Part shown: in pieces, positions 9,596 to 20,005 of the stretch
How the letters are laid out: each line of letters opens with the position of its first letter
How positions within the stretch are numbered: the first letter of the stretch is position 1
Assembly (NCBI GenBank): GCA_031271345.1
Contig: JAISVX010000003.1
Location: forward strand, 437,223-501,222
DNA length: 64,000 nt
Origin: Lactobacillaceae bacterium
GTDB taxonomy: Bacteria > Pseudomonadota > Alphaproteobacteria > RF32 > CAG-239
Direction: 5' to 3'
The notes under the pieces: model-generated
The model's input: the letters and a program-made list of their open reading frames with translations, nothing else
Databases searched by the model: none
Told to the model about the DNA's origin: nothing
Position numbers and translations under genes: made by a program

Positions 9596-10068
9596 TGGAC
9601 AAGGATATTATAATTGAACAATTTACCTCCAAACACATTGAAGGCGCCCTTGATATTCTTCAAGAATACGACCAGTTTCACCACGCCAGCGACCCAAAAC
9701 ATTTTAAAAACATGGATAAAGAAGAAGAGTTTAACTATCTAAAATGGATTTTAGAAGAAGACGGCAGCTATGGAATTGTCGCTACTAAAGATAATAAGGT
9801 TGTGGGTTTCGCCATATTCGGACTTCTATTAAAACCAAGCAACTTCGCTTCTCCAGAAGTTACATATATTTCGGAAATGGTCGTTAAGGACGGCTTTAGA
9901 AGCCGGGGTATCGGCGAAAAAATGCTGAAAAGAATTATAGAGTTCAGCAAAACCCGCGGCATAGATAAAATAGAACTGGAAATCACAAATGCAAACGAAC
10001 GCGGCATCGGGTTTTACAGAAGAACAGGATTTTATGATTATTCAAAAGTTATGTTTTTAGATATTTAA
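9596..10068 (+). CDS. GNAT-family N-acetyltransferase
   Basis: VVGFAIFG...RSRGIGEKMLKRIIEFSK...GFYRRTGF matches acetyl-CoA binding motif A (R/Q-x-x-G-x-G/A). An AGGAG ribosome-binding site lies 9 nt before the ATG at 9596. Confidence 0.75.
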
Positions 10069-10078
10069 CACCGAAGCA

Positions 10079-10744
10079 CTATTTTGCAAAAATATCCAAG
10101 GCTTCATTAATATCCTTAACTTTATAATCAACAAAAGGATATTTCTCTTTCTCGCCAGTTACCCATATTGTGGTCATGCCAAAATCTTTTGCTGTTTTTA
10201 AGTTCTTCAAACTATCTTCAATCATCGCTGTTTCAGCGGGGTTTATACTATATGTTCCAAAAAACTTTTCAAAAGATTTTTTATCTGGTTTTAGCATAAA
10301 ACCGCCATCTCTAATTGTAAAAACATCATCGAATAAGCCGCTTATTTTCAAATTTTTCAAAACACTGCCGACATGAGCGTGCGTACTGTTTGTATAGATT
10401 ATCTTATTATGCGGAAGGAGTGAAATTTTATTTTTCAAATTTTCATTATATTCAATCTCGGACACGTCAATATCGCAGACAAAATCCATAAAATGACCCG
10501 GATTAATTCCAAGCTCGACAATTGAGCTTATATCTGCGTCATTTCTGCTTTTCCATTGTTTAATAAGATTTTTAAAATCATCTTCGCTCATTTTTTGCTC
10601 GCAAAGAAAAAACTCTGCGATTTTATCGCCGAATCTTGCTTCAATATCAGGATTTTCCGAATACAAAGTCCCGTCTAAATCAAAAACCAAATTTCTTATA
10701 TGCTTTACCAAATTACTGCTCCAAAAACAAATCCACAGCTTCAA
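10079..10744 (-). CDS. HAD-superfamily phosphatase, pyrimidine 5'-nucleotidase-like (paralogue 1 of a tandem pair). True start may be a TTG at 10711
   Basis: VKHIRNLVFDLDGTLY contains HAD motif I (DxDGT). It shares about 40-45% identity with the upstream paralogue over its full length. Confidence 0.65.
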   Translation of the reverse strand: MKLWICFWSSNLVKHIRNLVFDLDGTLYSENPDIEARFGDKIAEFFLCEQKMSEDDFKNLIKQWKSRNDADISSIVELGINPGHFMDFVCDIDVSEIEYNENLKNKISLLPHNKIIYTNSTHAHVGSVLKNLKISGLFDDVFTIRDGGFMLKPDKKSFEKFFGTYSINPAETAMIEDSLKNLKTAKDFGMTTIWVTGEKEKYPFVDYKVKDINEALDIFAK

Positions 10745-11348
10745 TTATATCTTTCACGATGTAGTCACAAAAAGAAACGTCTTTTTCGCCGCCGTCAGTG
10801 ATTAAAACCGTTTTTATACCAAGTTCTTTCGCAGGCTGTAAATTCTTTACCCTGTCCTCAATTAAAACAGTCTCGTCAGGATTTAAATTATACTTTTCCA
10901 AGAGCATTTTATACGACGCCATATTCGGCTTCGGAACATAATCAGCCTCGCCAATAGTATAAAGTTCATCAAACATGCCGTTCAATCGAAGCCTTTCCAA
11001 AACATCAATAGTATGCTTCATGCTGCCGTTTGTATAAATTATTTTTCTATGCGAAAGGCGTTCCAGTTTTTTCTTTAGCTCGTCATTATATTCAACATCC
11101 GAAACATCCACATCGCCGGCATAATTCATATATGCCTTTGGGTCTCCGCCATATTCAGCGACGGCTGGAGTACAGCTCCCATGTTTTTTTCGCCATTCGG
11201 CAATCAAGACCATATAGTCATCAGCTATAATCCCCATTTCATCTCTGAAATACTCCACCATCTTATCAAGAAATCTTTGCTTGATTTCATCGGTTTCCGG
11301 ATACAAAGTCCCATCTAAATCAAAAACCAAATTTCTTATATGCTTCAC
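10713..11348 (-). CDS. HAD-superfamily phosphatase, pyrimidine 5'-nucleotidase-like (paralogue 2), GTG start
   Basis: MKHIRNLVFDLDGTLYPETD. It sits 4 nt downstream of the malQ stop, in the same operon as the glycogen genes. Confidence 0.7.
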   Translation of the reverse strand: MKHIRNLVFDLDGTLYPETDEIKQRFLDKMVEYFRDEMGIIADDYMVLIAEWRKKHGSCTPAVAEYGGDPKAYMNYAGDVDVSDVEYNDELKKKLERLSHRKIIYTNGSMKHTIDVLERLRLNGMFDELYTIGEADYVPKPNMASYKMLLEKYNLNPDETVLIEDRVKNLQPAKELGIKTVLITDGGEKDVSFCDYIVKDIIEAVDLFLEQ

Positions 11349-11352
11349 AAAA

Positions 11353-13509
11353 TTATCTTTCCATTTTAATAGCTTTTATGTTTCTGACAAACATTGCGCT
11401 ATCTTCCAAATCTTCCAAATCAACAGGAATTTTACGACGCCAGTTAGGGTGCTTATCCCTGTCTGTCCCAGGAAGGTTTTGCAGTTTTTCAACCTGCAGA
11501 ATATCCTCTAACTGAGCTAAGAAGACTTTTGAATTTGTTCTGGACATAAACCTGTGGACAGCCTCTTCAATTCCTTCTGGATATTTCTCGCCATATATAT
11601 AGTTTCCGCTGCGCATATTATCCCGCGGCCAAACGCCAGCATAGTCTAATGCGGATAAAAGCTTCCACCTGTCGTTTTCTCTTTTATGATAAGAATTGTT
11701 TTTTTCCTGCTCATTTGGTATGAGACCCAGATTGTATGACAATTCAATGTCATATCCAAACCACCACATTTTCAAAGGCGCCATATCATGGGTTCCGACA
11801 GAAACATACGAATCAACGGGATATTTATCCGGCGGTATAAAATCTCCCCAGCCCGCGCCGTATCTTTCCGCCCATAAAACGCTTAAGGATTTTATATTGG
11901 CATTGCCGAGCTTGTCTAAAAAACCATCGGGAACATTGCCGATACTCTCGCCGACAATCATACATTTATTAAGATGGCTTTCTATCATAACCACAGCCAT
12001 CATTTCATCCAAATTATACAAGACATAAGTGCCAAGTTCTTTGTGGTCTGGAATAATATAAAGCCTCATCAATGACATTACATGGTCGATACGAAGCGCG
12101 CCTGAAAACTTCATATTTGCCCGCAATATTTTTATAAAAGGCTCATACCCGGCATCTTCAAGCCTAAACGGATTAAACGCGCCAAGCCCCCATTTCTGCC
12201 CTGCGGGGAAAAATGCGTCCGGCGGCGCTCCCGCTCCGGCTCCTTCGATAAATGTACCGCTGTCTCCCCAAAGCTCCGCACTGTCTCCGCCTACCCCGAC
12301 AGCTAAATCTCTGTATAAACCGACAGCCAGGTTTTTTTCTTTAATTTTCCCATGAACCCCGTTTAACTGTCTGTCAAACTCAAACTGCAAAAACTTAAAG
12401 AAACCTATTCTGTCTTGATTTTCTTTCACATATTCAGCCACTTTTGGCGAATGAGGATTTTTATATTCTTCTTCCCAGGCTCTCCATCCGCCCCAAATTA
12501 CTTTTGATTTTTCTTCATACAAACATTGGAATATCGCAAGTTTATCAAGCTCGCTGCCTTTTTCCAAAAGATATTTTGAAAAGTCTAGTTTTCTCTCTTT
12601 ATTTGCGCTGTCCTTAAATCTTTTATAAGCTTTTTCCAAAACTGCCATTTTTGTTGGATAAACATACGAATATAAAATGGTTTCGCTGTCTCTGTATTTT
12701 TTTAATTTATCTTCTATTTCCGTTTTATCTTCAGGCAAAAACTCTGGAACTTTTTCGGCGTCAATATATATCGGATTTGAAAACAAACGACTGATTGAAG
12801 AATATGGGCTGGCATTTTCCGGGTAATCATGAAACAAAACATTCAGCGGATTTAATCCGATTACGGAAGCGCCGTTACTGCCGCAAATATCGATTAATGT
12901 TTCCAAATCTGTCAAGTCGCCGACGCCCCAGTTCCTTTTACTTTTTAACGAATATAGCTGAACGGCGACCCCCCAGAGTTTGCTATTGTTGACCACTTCT
13001 GATTCATAGCACCTGTCAGGCGCGACCGCTAACCTCGAAGAATAAATTTCGCTTCCGGCATTTACATATAAATCATAATATCCAATGTCCAAATCCGAAT
13101 TTATCCGAACAAAAAGCTTTACATAATCATTACCGTTTATTCTTTTTTCCTCTTTCAGACTTTCCACTTCATATCTTATCGTCGGAGAAGCTTTTGTATC
13201 AACATTCGCGATGCTTACGGTTAAAATTTCGTTTGCCGCAGACTTTGGCAGAACAATATCAAAAACAACATTACGAGGCTTAACAACGTAAATACCATTC
13301 AAAACCTTATGCCATCTTCTATCGTTAAATTTATTGATAGATTCGACGATTGACGCGTTATCATCAGCTTTGTATCCAAGTTTGCCAGCCAAAAAAGCAA
13401 TTACATCATCGTTGACTTCATAATCTTTAGCAACTAATCCCGCGTCTCTAAACTTAGTCAGGATACCAATTTTGTCCGCAAGCTCATGCAATTTATTCGA
13501 CATTAACAA
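11353..13509 (-). CDS. malQ: 4-alpha-glucanotransferase (amylomaltase, GH77)
   Basis: 718 aa. WGVAVQLYSLKS...NWGVGDLTDL and the GH77 core are present. Confidence 0.85.
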   Translation of the reverse strand: MLMSNKLHELADKIGILTKFRDAGLVAKDYEVNDDVIAFLAGKLGYKADDNASIVESINKFNDRRWHKVLNGIYVVKPRNVVFDIVLPKSAANEILTVSIANVDTKASPTIRYEVESLKEEKRINGNDYVKLFVRINSDLDIGYYDLYVNAGSEIYSSRLAVAPDRCYESEVVNNSKLWGVAVQLYSLKSKRNWGVGDLTDLETLIDICGSNGASVIGLNPLNVLFHDYPENASPYSSISRLFSNPIYIDAEKVPEFLPEDKTEIEDKLKKYRDSETILYSYVYPTKMAVLEKAYKRFKDSANKERKLDFSKYLLEKGSELDKLAIFQCLYEEKSKVIWGGWRAWEEEYKNPHSPKVAEYVKENQDRIGFFKFLQFEFDRQLNGVHGKIKEKNLAVGLYRDLAVGVGGDSAELWGDSGTFIEGAGAGAPPDAFFPAGQKWGLGAFNPFRLEDAGYEPFIKILRANMKFSGALRIDHVMSLMRLYIIPDHKELGTYVLYNLDEMMAVVMIESHLNKCMIVGESIGNVPDGFLDKLGNANIKSLSVLWAERYGAGWGDFIPPDKYPVDSYVSVGTHDMAPLKMWWFGYDIELSYNLGLIPNEQEKNNSYHKRENDRWKLLSALDYAGVWPRDNMRSGNYIYGEKYPEGIEEAVHRFMSRTNSKVFLAQLEDILQVEKLQNLPGTDRDKHPNWRRKIPVDLEDLEDSAMFVRNIKAIKMER

Positions 13510-13517
13510 CTCCCAAA

Positions 13518-15590
13518 TTATTTTCTAATTTCAAACAGCAAAACGCTCCATGCAGGAACATCTATCTTTTCGCCCGAAAGATTTTTCTTAACATTTTTCA
13601 TTTTCATCGAACTGTCAACAATAAGCTCCCAATTCATATTTCCCAAATCAGGCAGTTTCCATTTCAAGGTAACATAATTCGCATTAAGCATGAGATAAAT
13701 AAATTTGTTTCCATCATAAACCAAATATGAGAGTGATTTCTTGTCGCTGTTATACCAGTCATGTTCCGTAAACTCTATGCCGCGGCTGTTATACCAGGCA
13801 ATATCTTTATAATCATCCTTTATAACTTCGCCCGTAAAAAATTTCTTGCGGCTGAATATATTTAATTTTTGTCTTGTTTTTATAAGCTTGCGGACAAACT
13901 TTGCAAACTCTCTGTCCTCAGCGTTCACAGCTTCCCACGCAAACCAGGATATTACATTATCCTGGCAATAAGGATTATTATTTCCAAACTGTGTCTTTAA
14001 CAGTTCGTCGCCAGCCAAAATCATCGGCGTGCCAAAAGAAAACAACAAGGTTGACATCAATGCCCTTGCTCTTAACATCCTGTTTGTTAAAACCGTCTTA
14101 TTATCGGTTTCTCCTTCATGACCAGAATTCCAGCTGATATTATTATCGCTTCCGTCTCTGTTTTCTTCGCCGTTGGCAATATTATGCTTCTGGTTATAGC
14201 TGACTAAATCATTAAGACAAAAACCGTCATGAACAGTAATAAAATTTACGCTGCTCCACAAGTTTCGATGATTATAATTAAACACATCGCTTGAGCCTGC
14301 TATGCGGCTGGCAATAGGAGCTACCTGAGAGCCGTCGCCCTTCCAGAAAGACCTCGCGACATCTCTGTATTTGTCGTTCCATTCTGCCCATCCGGGCAAA
14401 AACGCGCCGACTTGATACCCGCCCAAATCCATATCCCAAGGCTCCGCAATAAGCTTTACTCTTGACAGCACAGGATCCTGCTTCACCGCCTGCATAAAAC
14501 CGCTGAGGCGGTCAAATACCATGTTAACTCTGGATAATGAAACGGCTAAATCAAAACGAAAACCATCAACATGCATTTCTTCAACCCAGTAGCGAAGCGA
14601 GTCCATAACAAGCTTCAAAACCTCGGGGTGCTGAACATTAAACGACGAGCCAACGCCCGTGCTGTCATAATAATGGCGTTTATTGTCGTGTTTTAACGTA
14701 TAATACGAGGCGTTATCTATGCCGCGGTAAGAGATAGTCGGTCCAAGATGGTTTCCCTCGCCGGTATGGTTATAAACAACGTCAAGGATTACCTCCAGCC
14801 CGTTTTTATGCATTGTTTTAACAAAATCTTTAAACTCGTCGATTTCGCCGTTTACTAAATATGACTGTTCCGGCGCAAAAAATGAAAAACTCTCATATCC
14901 CCAATAGTTATCCGTAATAAATCCTTTTTTATGACGATTGCCAAAGAAAGCATGAATAGGCAGCAGCTCGACAGAAGTAATTCCAAGCCACTTCAAATAT
15001 TTGGTTATCGCGGGATTGGTCATGCCCAGAAAGGTGCCTTTTTTGCTGTCGGGAACTTTTGGATGGAGCTTGCTGTAGCTTCTGACATGAGTCTCATAAA
15101 TAATCGTATTTTCAAAAGCGACGTCTGGAGATTTATCTCTGCCCCAATTATAACTATTAGCAACCACAACAGACTTCGGAACATAAGGAGCGCTGTCTAA
15201 TTCGCTAAAAGATAAATCTAAATCCGGGCTATCTGCATCATAGCCGAATATGGCTTTATCCCAGATTAATTTTCCGACAAGTTTTTTTGCGTAAGGGTCA
15301 AGAAGAAGCTTATGATGATTAAATCTGTGTCCTTCCATCGGCTTATATGGTCCATAAACCCTATAACCATATACCTGACCAGATTTCAGCCCCGGAATAT
15401 AAACATGCCAGATATTGTTTGTATTATCTTTCAGCTCATGGCGGTGAAGCTCTTTTGAACCGCTTTCGTTAAACAAACAAACTTCAATCTTGGTTGCATT
15501 GGCTGAGAAAATAGCAAAGTTTACACCTTCTCCATCAAAACTCGATCCTAAAGGATATGGTTTTCCAGATTTGGTTTTTACTTCCGCCAT
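13518..15590 (-). CDS. glgX: Glycogen debranching enzyme (isoamylase-type GH13)
   Basis: 690 aa. It has an N-terminal CBM48-like region, LDVVYNHTGEGN and GFRFDLA GH13 motifs. Confidence 0.85.
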   Translation of the reverse strand: MAEVKTKSGKPYPLGSSFDGEGVNFAIFSANATKIEVCLFNESGSKELHRHELKDNTNNIWHVYIPGLKSGQVYGYRVYGPYKPMEGHRFNHHKLLLDPYAKKLVGKLIWDKAIFGYDADSPDLDLSFSELDSAPYVPKSVVVANSYNWGRDKSPDVAFENTIIYETHVRSYSKLHPKVPDSKKGTFLGMTNPAITKYLKWLGITSVELLPIHAFFGNRHKKGFITDNYWGYESFSFFAPEQSYLVNGEIDEFKDFVKTMHKNGLEVILDVVYNHTGEGNHLGPTISYRGIDNASYYTLKHDNKRHYYDSTGVGSSFNVQHPEVLKLVMDSLRYWVEEMHVDGFRFDLAVSLSRVNMVFDRLSGFMQAVKQDPVLSRVKLIAEPWDMDLGGYQVGAFLPGWAEWNDKYRDVARSFWKGDGSQVAPIASRIAGSSDVFNYNHRNLWSSVNFITVHDGFCLNDLVSYNQKHNIANGEENRDGSDNNISWNSGHEGETDNKTVLTNRMLRARALMSTLLFSFGTPMILAGDELLKTQFGNNNPYCQDNVISWFAWEAVNAEDREFAKFVRKLIKTRQKLNIFSRKKFFTGEVIKDDYKDIAWYNSRGIEFTEHDWYNSDKKSLSYLVYDGNKFIYLMLNANYVTLKWKLPDLGNMNWELIVDSSMKMKNVKKNLSGEKIDVPAWSVLLFEIRK

Positions 15591-15608
15591 ACGTCAATCT
15601 CCCACAAA

Positions 15609-17849
15609 TTATCTAACTGGTTTAAGTATAATTGTCGATAACGGAGGTAAAGTAAGCCTTATTGAATACGGTTTGTAGTTCCATCCATCTTCTGAGGCAT
15701 GCAGTTCATTTTCGTTTTTGACTCCGCTTCCCCAATATTTTTTATCATCGCTGTTAAAAATTTCCTTAAACGAGCATTTTTCAATAACGCCGATTTTATA
15801 ATCATGCCTTACTACCGGCGTAAAGTTGCAGATAACGACAACATAATCGCCCGGCGTTCTGCCTTTTCGTATATACGAAACAACACTGTCATCCGCGTTT
15901 GAATGCTCTATCCACTCAAATCCCTGATAGTCGAAGTCCTGCTCATACAAAGCCGGATTGTCGCGATACGCGAAGTTTAAATCCCTGATATAGTCCTGCA
16001 TGCTCTTATACATTGGATATTCCAACAAGTGCCAGCGCAAACTTTCGTTGTAGTTCCATTCCCAGTCTTGTCCGAACTCGCAGCCCATAAACATCAGTTT
16101 TTTGCCAGGATGCGTAAACATAAATCCATAATAAGCCCTCATATTGGCAAATTTCTGCCATTCGTCCCCCGGCATTTTTGCAAGCATGGAACCTTTGCCG
16201 TGAACAACTTCATCATGAGAAATCGGCAGAATAAAGTTTTCATTAAAAGCATAAATCAACCCAAACGTGAGCAGACCATGATGATATTTTCTATGAATAG
16301 GGTTTTCGCTGATATAATGCAGCGTATCATTCATCCAGCCCATATTCCATTTATACCCGAAACCCAATCCTCCCATAGATGTCGGACGGGAAACCATCGG
16401 CCAAGCCGTTGACTCTTCCGCAACCATAACCGCGCCTTTATTATAACCATAAGCTATTTCATTCATGCGGCGTAAAAAAGATATTGCCTCCAGATTTTCG
16501 TTTCCGCCATAAATATTCGGAACCCACTCGCCAGCTTTGCGCGAATAATCCAAATACAGCATAGAAGCCACGGCATCAACTCTTAGACCGTCTATGTGAT
16601 ATTCTTTTAACCAGAACAATGCGCTCGCGCACAAAAAGTTGAACACCTCCGTACGTCCAAAATTATATATCATTGTTCCCCAGTCGGTATGCTCGCCTTT
16701 TTTGGGATCCGCATGCTCATACAAATGGGTTCCGTCAAACTCTGCCAAACCATGAATATCTTTAGGAAAATGCGCCGGTACCCAGTCCATAATCACGCTG
16801 ATTCCAGCCTGGTGGAATTTATCAATCATATACTTAAAATCTTCCGGGTTTCCAAAGCGGGATGTTGGAGCAAACATTCCTAATGTCTGATACCCCCATG
16901 AACCGTCAAACGGATGTTCTGTCAAAGGCAGAAACTCAATATGAGTATACCCCATATTGGTCACATAAGGAACTAATCTGTCTGCAAATTCGCGGTAAGA
17001 TAAATAATCTTCGCCAAACATTCCGTTGCGGCGCCATGAACCTAAATGCACTTCATAAATTGACATCGGCTGAGAAAAATCGTCCCTCGCTTCCCTTGCA
17101 TCCACCCATTCTTTATCCTGCCACTGATATTTATCAATATCAAAAACAACCGATGCGGTGTTTGGTCGTCTTTCCGAATAAAACCCTATAGGATCCGACT
17201 TTAGAAGAATATTATTTTTTGCGGTTTTAATTTCATATTTATAAACTTCGCCTTCGGTAATGCCGGGAATAAAAATGTCCCAAACTCCGCATGAAATATG
17301 TTTGCGCATTATATGCGTGCGACCGTCCCAGCCGTTAAAATCTCCGACGACGGAAACTCTTTTTGCATTAGGCGCCCAAACGGCAAAACTCACGCCTTTT
17401 ACGCCGTCTATTTCTATCAAATGAGCGCCGAGTTTTTTATATAATTCTAAGTGATTTCCCTCGCCTAAAAGATAGACGTCAATATCGCCCAAAGTCGCGG
17501 GAAAACGATATGTGTCTTCTTTAAAATATACATTGCCCAAATCATTCGTAATCTTAAACCTGTATTTAAAATTTTCCGACTGACCCAAGTTAATTTGGTA
17601 AAACCCTCTTTTATCTAATTTTGTCATTTTACCGATGACTTTTCCATCATAGTCTACGACTTCGACACCGTTGCTGCCGGGCTGATACGTTCTAATGTAT
17701 ACTTCTTTGCTGCCCTTGTCTTTATGAATGCCCAAAACAGAAAAAATGTTTTCATAATCGCCATTTATTATGGCGTCCATTTCACTATTAGATAAAGTCT
17801 TTTCCATCAGGTTTTTGCTCCCAAATAAGTCAGAAAAATAATTAAGCAT
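15609..17849 (-). CDS. glgB: 1,4-alpha-glucan branching enzyme
   Basis: 746 aa. [17 protein letters not shown] and the EES/ISHDEV GH13 branching-enzyme motifs are present. Confidence 0.9.
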   Translation of the reverse strand: MLNYFSDLFGSKNLMEKTLSNSEMDAIINGDYENIFSVLGIHKDKGSKEVYIRTYQPGSNGVEVVDYDGKVIGKMTKLDKRGFYQINLGQSENFKYRFKITNDLGNVYFKEDTYRFPATLGDIDVYLLGEGNHLELYKKLGAHLIEIDGVKGVSFAVWAPNAKRVSVVGDFNGWDGRTHIMRKHISCGVWDIFIPGITEGEVYKYEIKTAKNNILLKSDPIGFYSERRPNTASVVFDIDKYQWQDKEWVDAREARDDFSQPMSIYEVHLGSWRRNGMFGEDYLSYREFADRLVPYVTNMGYTHIEFLPLTEHPFDGSWGYQTLGMFAPTSRFGNPEDFKYMIDKFHQAGISVIMDWVPAHFPKDIHGLAEFDGTHLYEHADPKKGEHTDWGTMIYNFGRTEVFNFLCASALFWLKEYHIDGLRVDAVASMLYLDYSRKAGEWVPNIYGGNENLEAISFLRRMNEIAYGYNKGAVMVAEESTAWPMVSRPTSMGGLGFGYKWNMGWMNDTLHYISENPIHRKYHHGLLTFGLIYAFNENFILPISHDEVVHGKGSMLAKMPGDEWQKFANMRAYYGFMFTHPGKKLMFMGCEFGQDWEWNYNESLRWHLLEYPMYKSMQDYIRDLNFAYRDNPALYEQDFDYQGFEWIEHSNADDSVVSYIRKGRTPGDYVVVICNFTPVVRHDYKIGVIEKCSFKEIFNSDDKKYWGSGVKNENELHASEDGWNYKPYSIRLTLPPLSTIILKPVR

Positions 17850-17917
17850 ATATTAGTTTTTTATCAATTTAATTGCAAGTAAATAAATTAAGATAAAAAA
17901 ATATAAATCAATTACTA

Positions 17918-17945
17918 TTGACGTATAAAATTTATGTATTATATT
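17918..17945 (+). promoter_or_regulatory. Sigma70-like promoter for the DUF2934 gene
   Basis: TTGACG at 17918-17923, a 16-nt spacer, then TATATT at 17940-17945. It lies about 60 nt upstream of the ATG at 18007. Confidence 0.35.
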
Positions 17946-18006
17946 AACCAAGTGTTAAGAGATTTAAAAGTCTCAATTTTGTTATTATTTTTATCGGAGT
18001 TTTGTA

Positions 18007-18258
18007 ATGTCTAAATATTGTGAAAATTCTATTAGAGAAGCAGCGTATTACCTTTGGGAAAAAGCTGGTTCGCCTGCTGGTCAAGATGACTATTTCTGGG
18101 CTTTAGCGGTTGAACAACTGGGCGGAAAATCAAAGGCAAAATCTTGTTCTGTTTCTACTGTAAAAAAAGCAAAAACCAGCGCTTCAAGCGTTAAAAAACC
18201 AGCTGTAAAAAAAGCTTCTGCCACTGCAAAAAAAGCAGCGGTTTCCAGCAAAAAATAA
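18007..18258 (+). CDS. Small basic protein: DUF2934-like N-terminal domain plus a Lys/Ala-rich histone-H1-like tail
   Basis: 83 aa. AAYYLWEKAGSPAGQDDYFWALA fits the DUF2934 Y-x-x-W-E-x-x-G...D-x-x-W pattern. The C-terminal half is KSKAKS...KKAKTSASSVKKPAVKKASATAKKAAVSSKK. Its own promoter and terminator flank it. Confidence 0.55.
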   Translation: MSKYCENSIREAAYYLWEKAGSPAGQDDYFWALAVEQLGGKSKAKSCSVSTVKKAKTSASSVKKPAVKKASATAKKAAVSSKK

Positions 18259-18284
18259 CAACGGGTTATTGCTTTTAGAATTAT

Positions 18285-18318
18285 AAAAAAAGTTCTTTTA
18301 TTTAAGAACTTTTTTTAT
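18285..18318. terminator. Bidirectional rho-independent terminator
   Basis: aaagttctt/ttattt/aagaacttt hairpin with an A-run before and a T-run after. It sits between convergent genes. Confidence 0.5.
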
Positions 18319-18321
18319 GTT

Positions 18322-19686
18322 TTAAAGCTGTTTTTTGACCATCGAAATTATAAAACCAATAACCTCGCTGTCGCCCTCATTTCTTATATGCTCGCGAGAA
18401 ATATTTTCCAAATCAAACCCTGTTTTTTCAATTAGATTTTCTATATAGTTTCTGCCATGAGAAAACCTTCCGGACGCATGTAATTTTATGCCGTCATTTT
18501 TTGGATTCTCCGATACGGAAAAAATCACTCTTCCATTTTTTTTCAAAATATTATTGAGATTTAAAAACAGATTTTCCAAATCTCCAAAATATATAAAAAC
18601 ATCTGTCGAAACAACCAGGTCATATTCATTTTTTCTTGAAGATAAAAAGCTTATTAATTCCTCAACAAAAAGTTTATTATAAATTCGTTTTCTCTTAGCT
18701 TCAGCAATCATTTCAGAAGAAATATCCACTCCGTGAAGCCCAAATATTCCTGCATATTTTTTAAGATATTTTCCACATAATCCCGTGCCGCATCCAGCGT
18801 CTAAAATCTTCAGTTTTTTTGATGTTTTCTTTCCGTATATCTGAAGAAGAAAATCATTAATCAGCTCTGGAGCTTTATAATCTAAATCTTTTAAAACCCT
18901 TTCAAAATCCGAAGCAAAAACATCAAAAATATTTTTTAAATATTCATCATTCGCCCGATCCAAAACTTCGTCATTTAATATAGATTTTGCCATATAGTTC
19001 ACAACATTATTATATGAATATTTTTTCAGCCACTGCTCCGTATACCTCACGCTCAATTCTCTATCTTCAATTGATATTTCATAAAGCATATATCCAAGAT
19101 TTATATGGTGCGAATTTCTTCCGTCTTCATCGCTGATATTAACGGCTTTATAACCGGCTTCAACAGCCTTTTCATTCTCTCCTATTTTCTGATATAACTG
19201 GCTCAGATTGTTATAGCTCCAGGCGTCGTCTGGCGATAGCTCTATAGCTTTTTTCGTATAAATAATCGCATTTTCATAGTCTTTAATTTCAAAATAAGTA
19301 TTGGCGACATTAACAACAGAAACAACATTTTCTTCATGAAGATTATATGCTTTTAAATACCACTCCAGAGCTTTGAGATAATCTTTATTTTTATACTCAA
19401 TATTGCCCAAAATTATCAGGGACGAAGTGTTTTTATCACTTATTTTAAGCGCTTTTTCGGCATATTTTTTCGCATCGTCAAACTGGCTCATTTCATATAA
19501 TGAAATCGCAATATTGCTAAAAGGAATTGATGAATTTTTGTTTAATTTGTACGCCTTTTTATAAAAAGCAATCGCTTTGTTTTTATCGCCTTTTTTATCA
19601 TAGCCGTTTCCTGCCGAGATTAATGCTTTAAATTCTTCAGCAGTTTTTTTAGATTCTATTTCAGATTTGACGCTTTCTTTTTTCAT
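18322..19686 (-). CDS. TPR-repeat protein with a C-terminal class-I SAM-dependent methyltransferase domain
   Basis: The N-terminal ~300 aa are TPR-like repeats (AIAFYKKAYKLN, ALEWYLKAYNL, AIIYTKKAIELSP). The C-terminal part carries ILDAGCGTGLCG (motif I) and DLVVSTDVFIYF. The start is taken at the ATG at 19686 (MKKESVK). The longer ORF-track start at 19977 runs across the tRNA-Leu gene on the opposite strand. Confidence 0.65.
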   Translation of the reverse strand: MKKESVKSEIESKKTAEEFKALISAGNGYDKKGDKNKAIAFYKKAYKLNKNSSIPFSNIAISLYEMSQFDDAKKYAEKALKISDKNTSSLIILGNIEYKNKDYLKALEWYLKAYNLHEENVVSVVNVANTYFEIKDYENAIIYTKKAIELSPDDAWSYNNLSQLYQKIGENEKAVEAGYKAVNISDEDGRNSHHINLGYMLYEISIEDRELSVRYTEQWLKKYSYNNVVNYMAKSILNDEVLDRANDEYLKNIFDVFASDFERVLKDLDYKAPELINDFLLQIYGKKTSKKLKILDAGCGTGLCGKYLKKYAGIFGLHGVDISSEMIAEAKRKRIYNKLFVEELISFLSSRKNEYDLVVSTDVFIYFGDLENLFLNLNNILKKNGRVIFSVSENPKNDGIKLHASGRFSHGRNYIENLIEKTGFDLENISREHIRNEGDSEVIGFIISMVKKQL

Positions 19687-19767
19687 AATTTGCACCTTAG
19701 CATAATATAAGTAAAAAAAACATTGACGACATTGATTAAATATTATATTTATCGTTTTGACTCTAAT

Positions 19768-19852
19768 GGGGGCGTGGCGGAATGGTAGACGCGGTTGACT
19801 CAAAATCAATTGTCCACAAGACTTGGGAGTTCGAGTCTCCCCGCCCCTACCA
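19768..19852 (+). tRNA. tRNA-Leu (anticodon CAA), long variable arm
   Basis: D-arm GGCGGAAUGGUAGACGC. Anticodon stem gttga/tcaat with loop cuCAAaa. T-arm gggagTTCGAGTctccc. Acceptor end ...cgcccctACCA. Confidence 0.85.
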
Positions 19853-20005
19853 ATAAGCAAAACTGCCAAGTGTGGCGGTTTTTTTATTGGGGCAAACGTT
19901 TTATAAATAAAACACTGGAGATTGCTGTTTAAGGCGGTCTTTTTTATTATTGACAACGAGGCAAAAGGTAATATCATTTGTAAAAATCAACAAAAGCGAG
20001 CCTTT

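Noticed and set aside
19687-19977. N-terminal 97-aa extension of the TPR-methyltransferase ORF (contains GRGGETRTP)
   Set aside because: The extension is the antisense translation of tRNA-Leu(CAA) and its flanks. The real start is the ATG at 19686.
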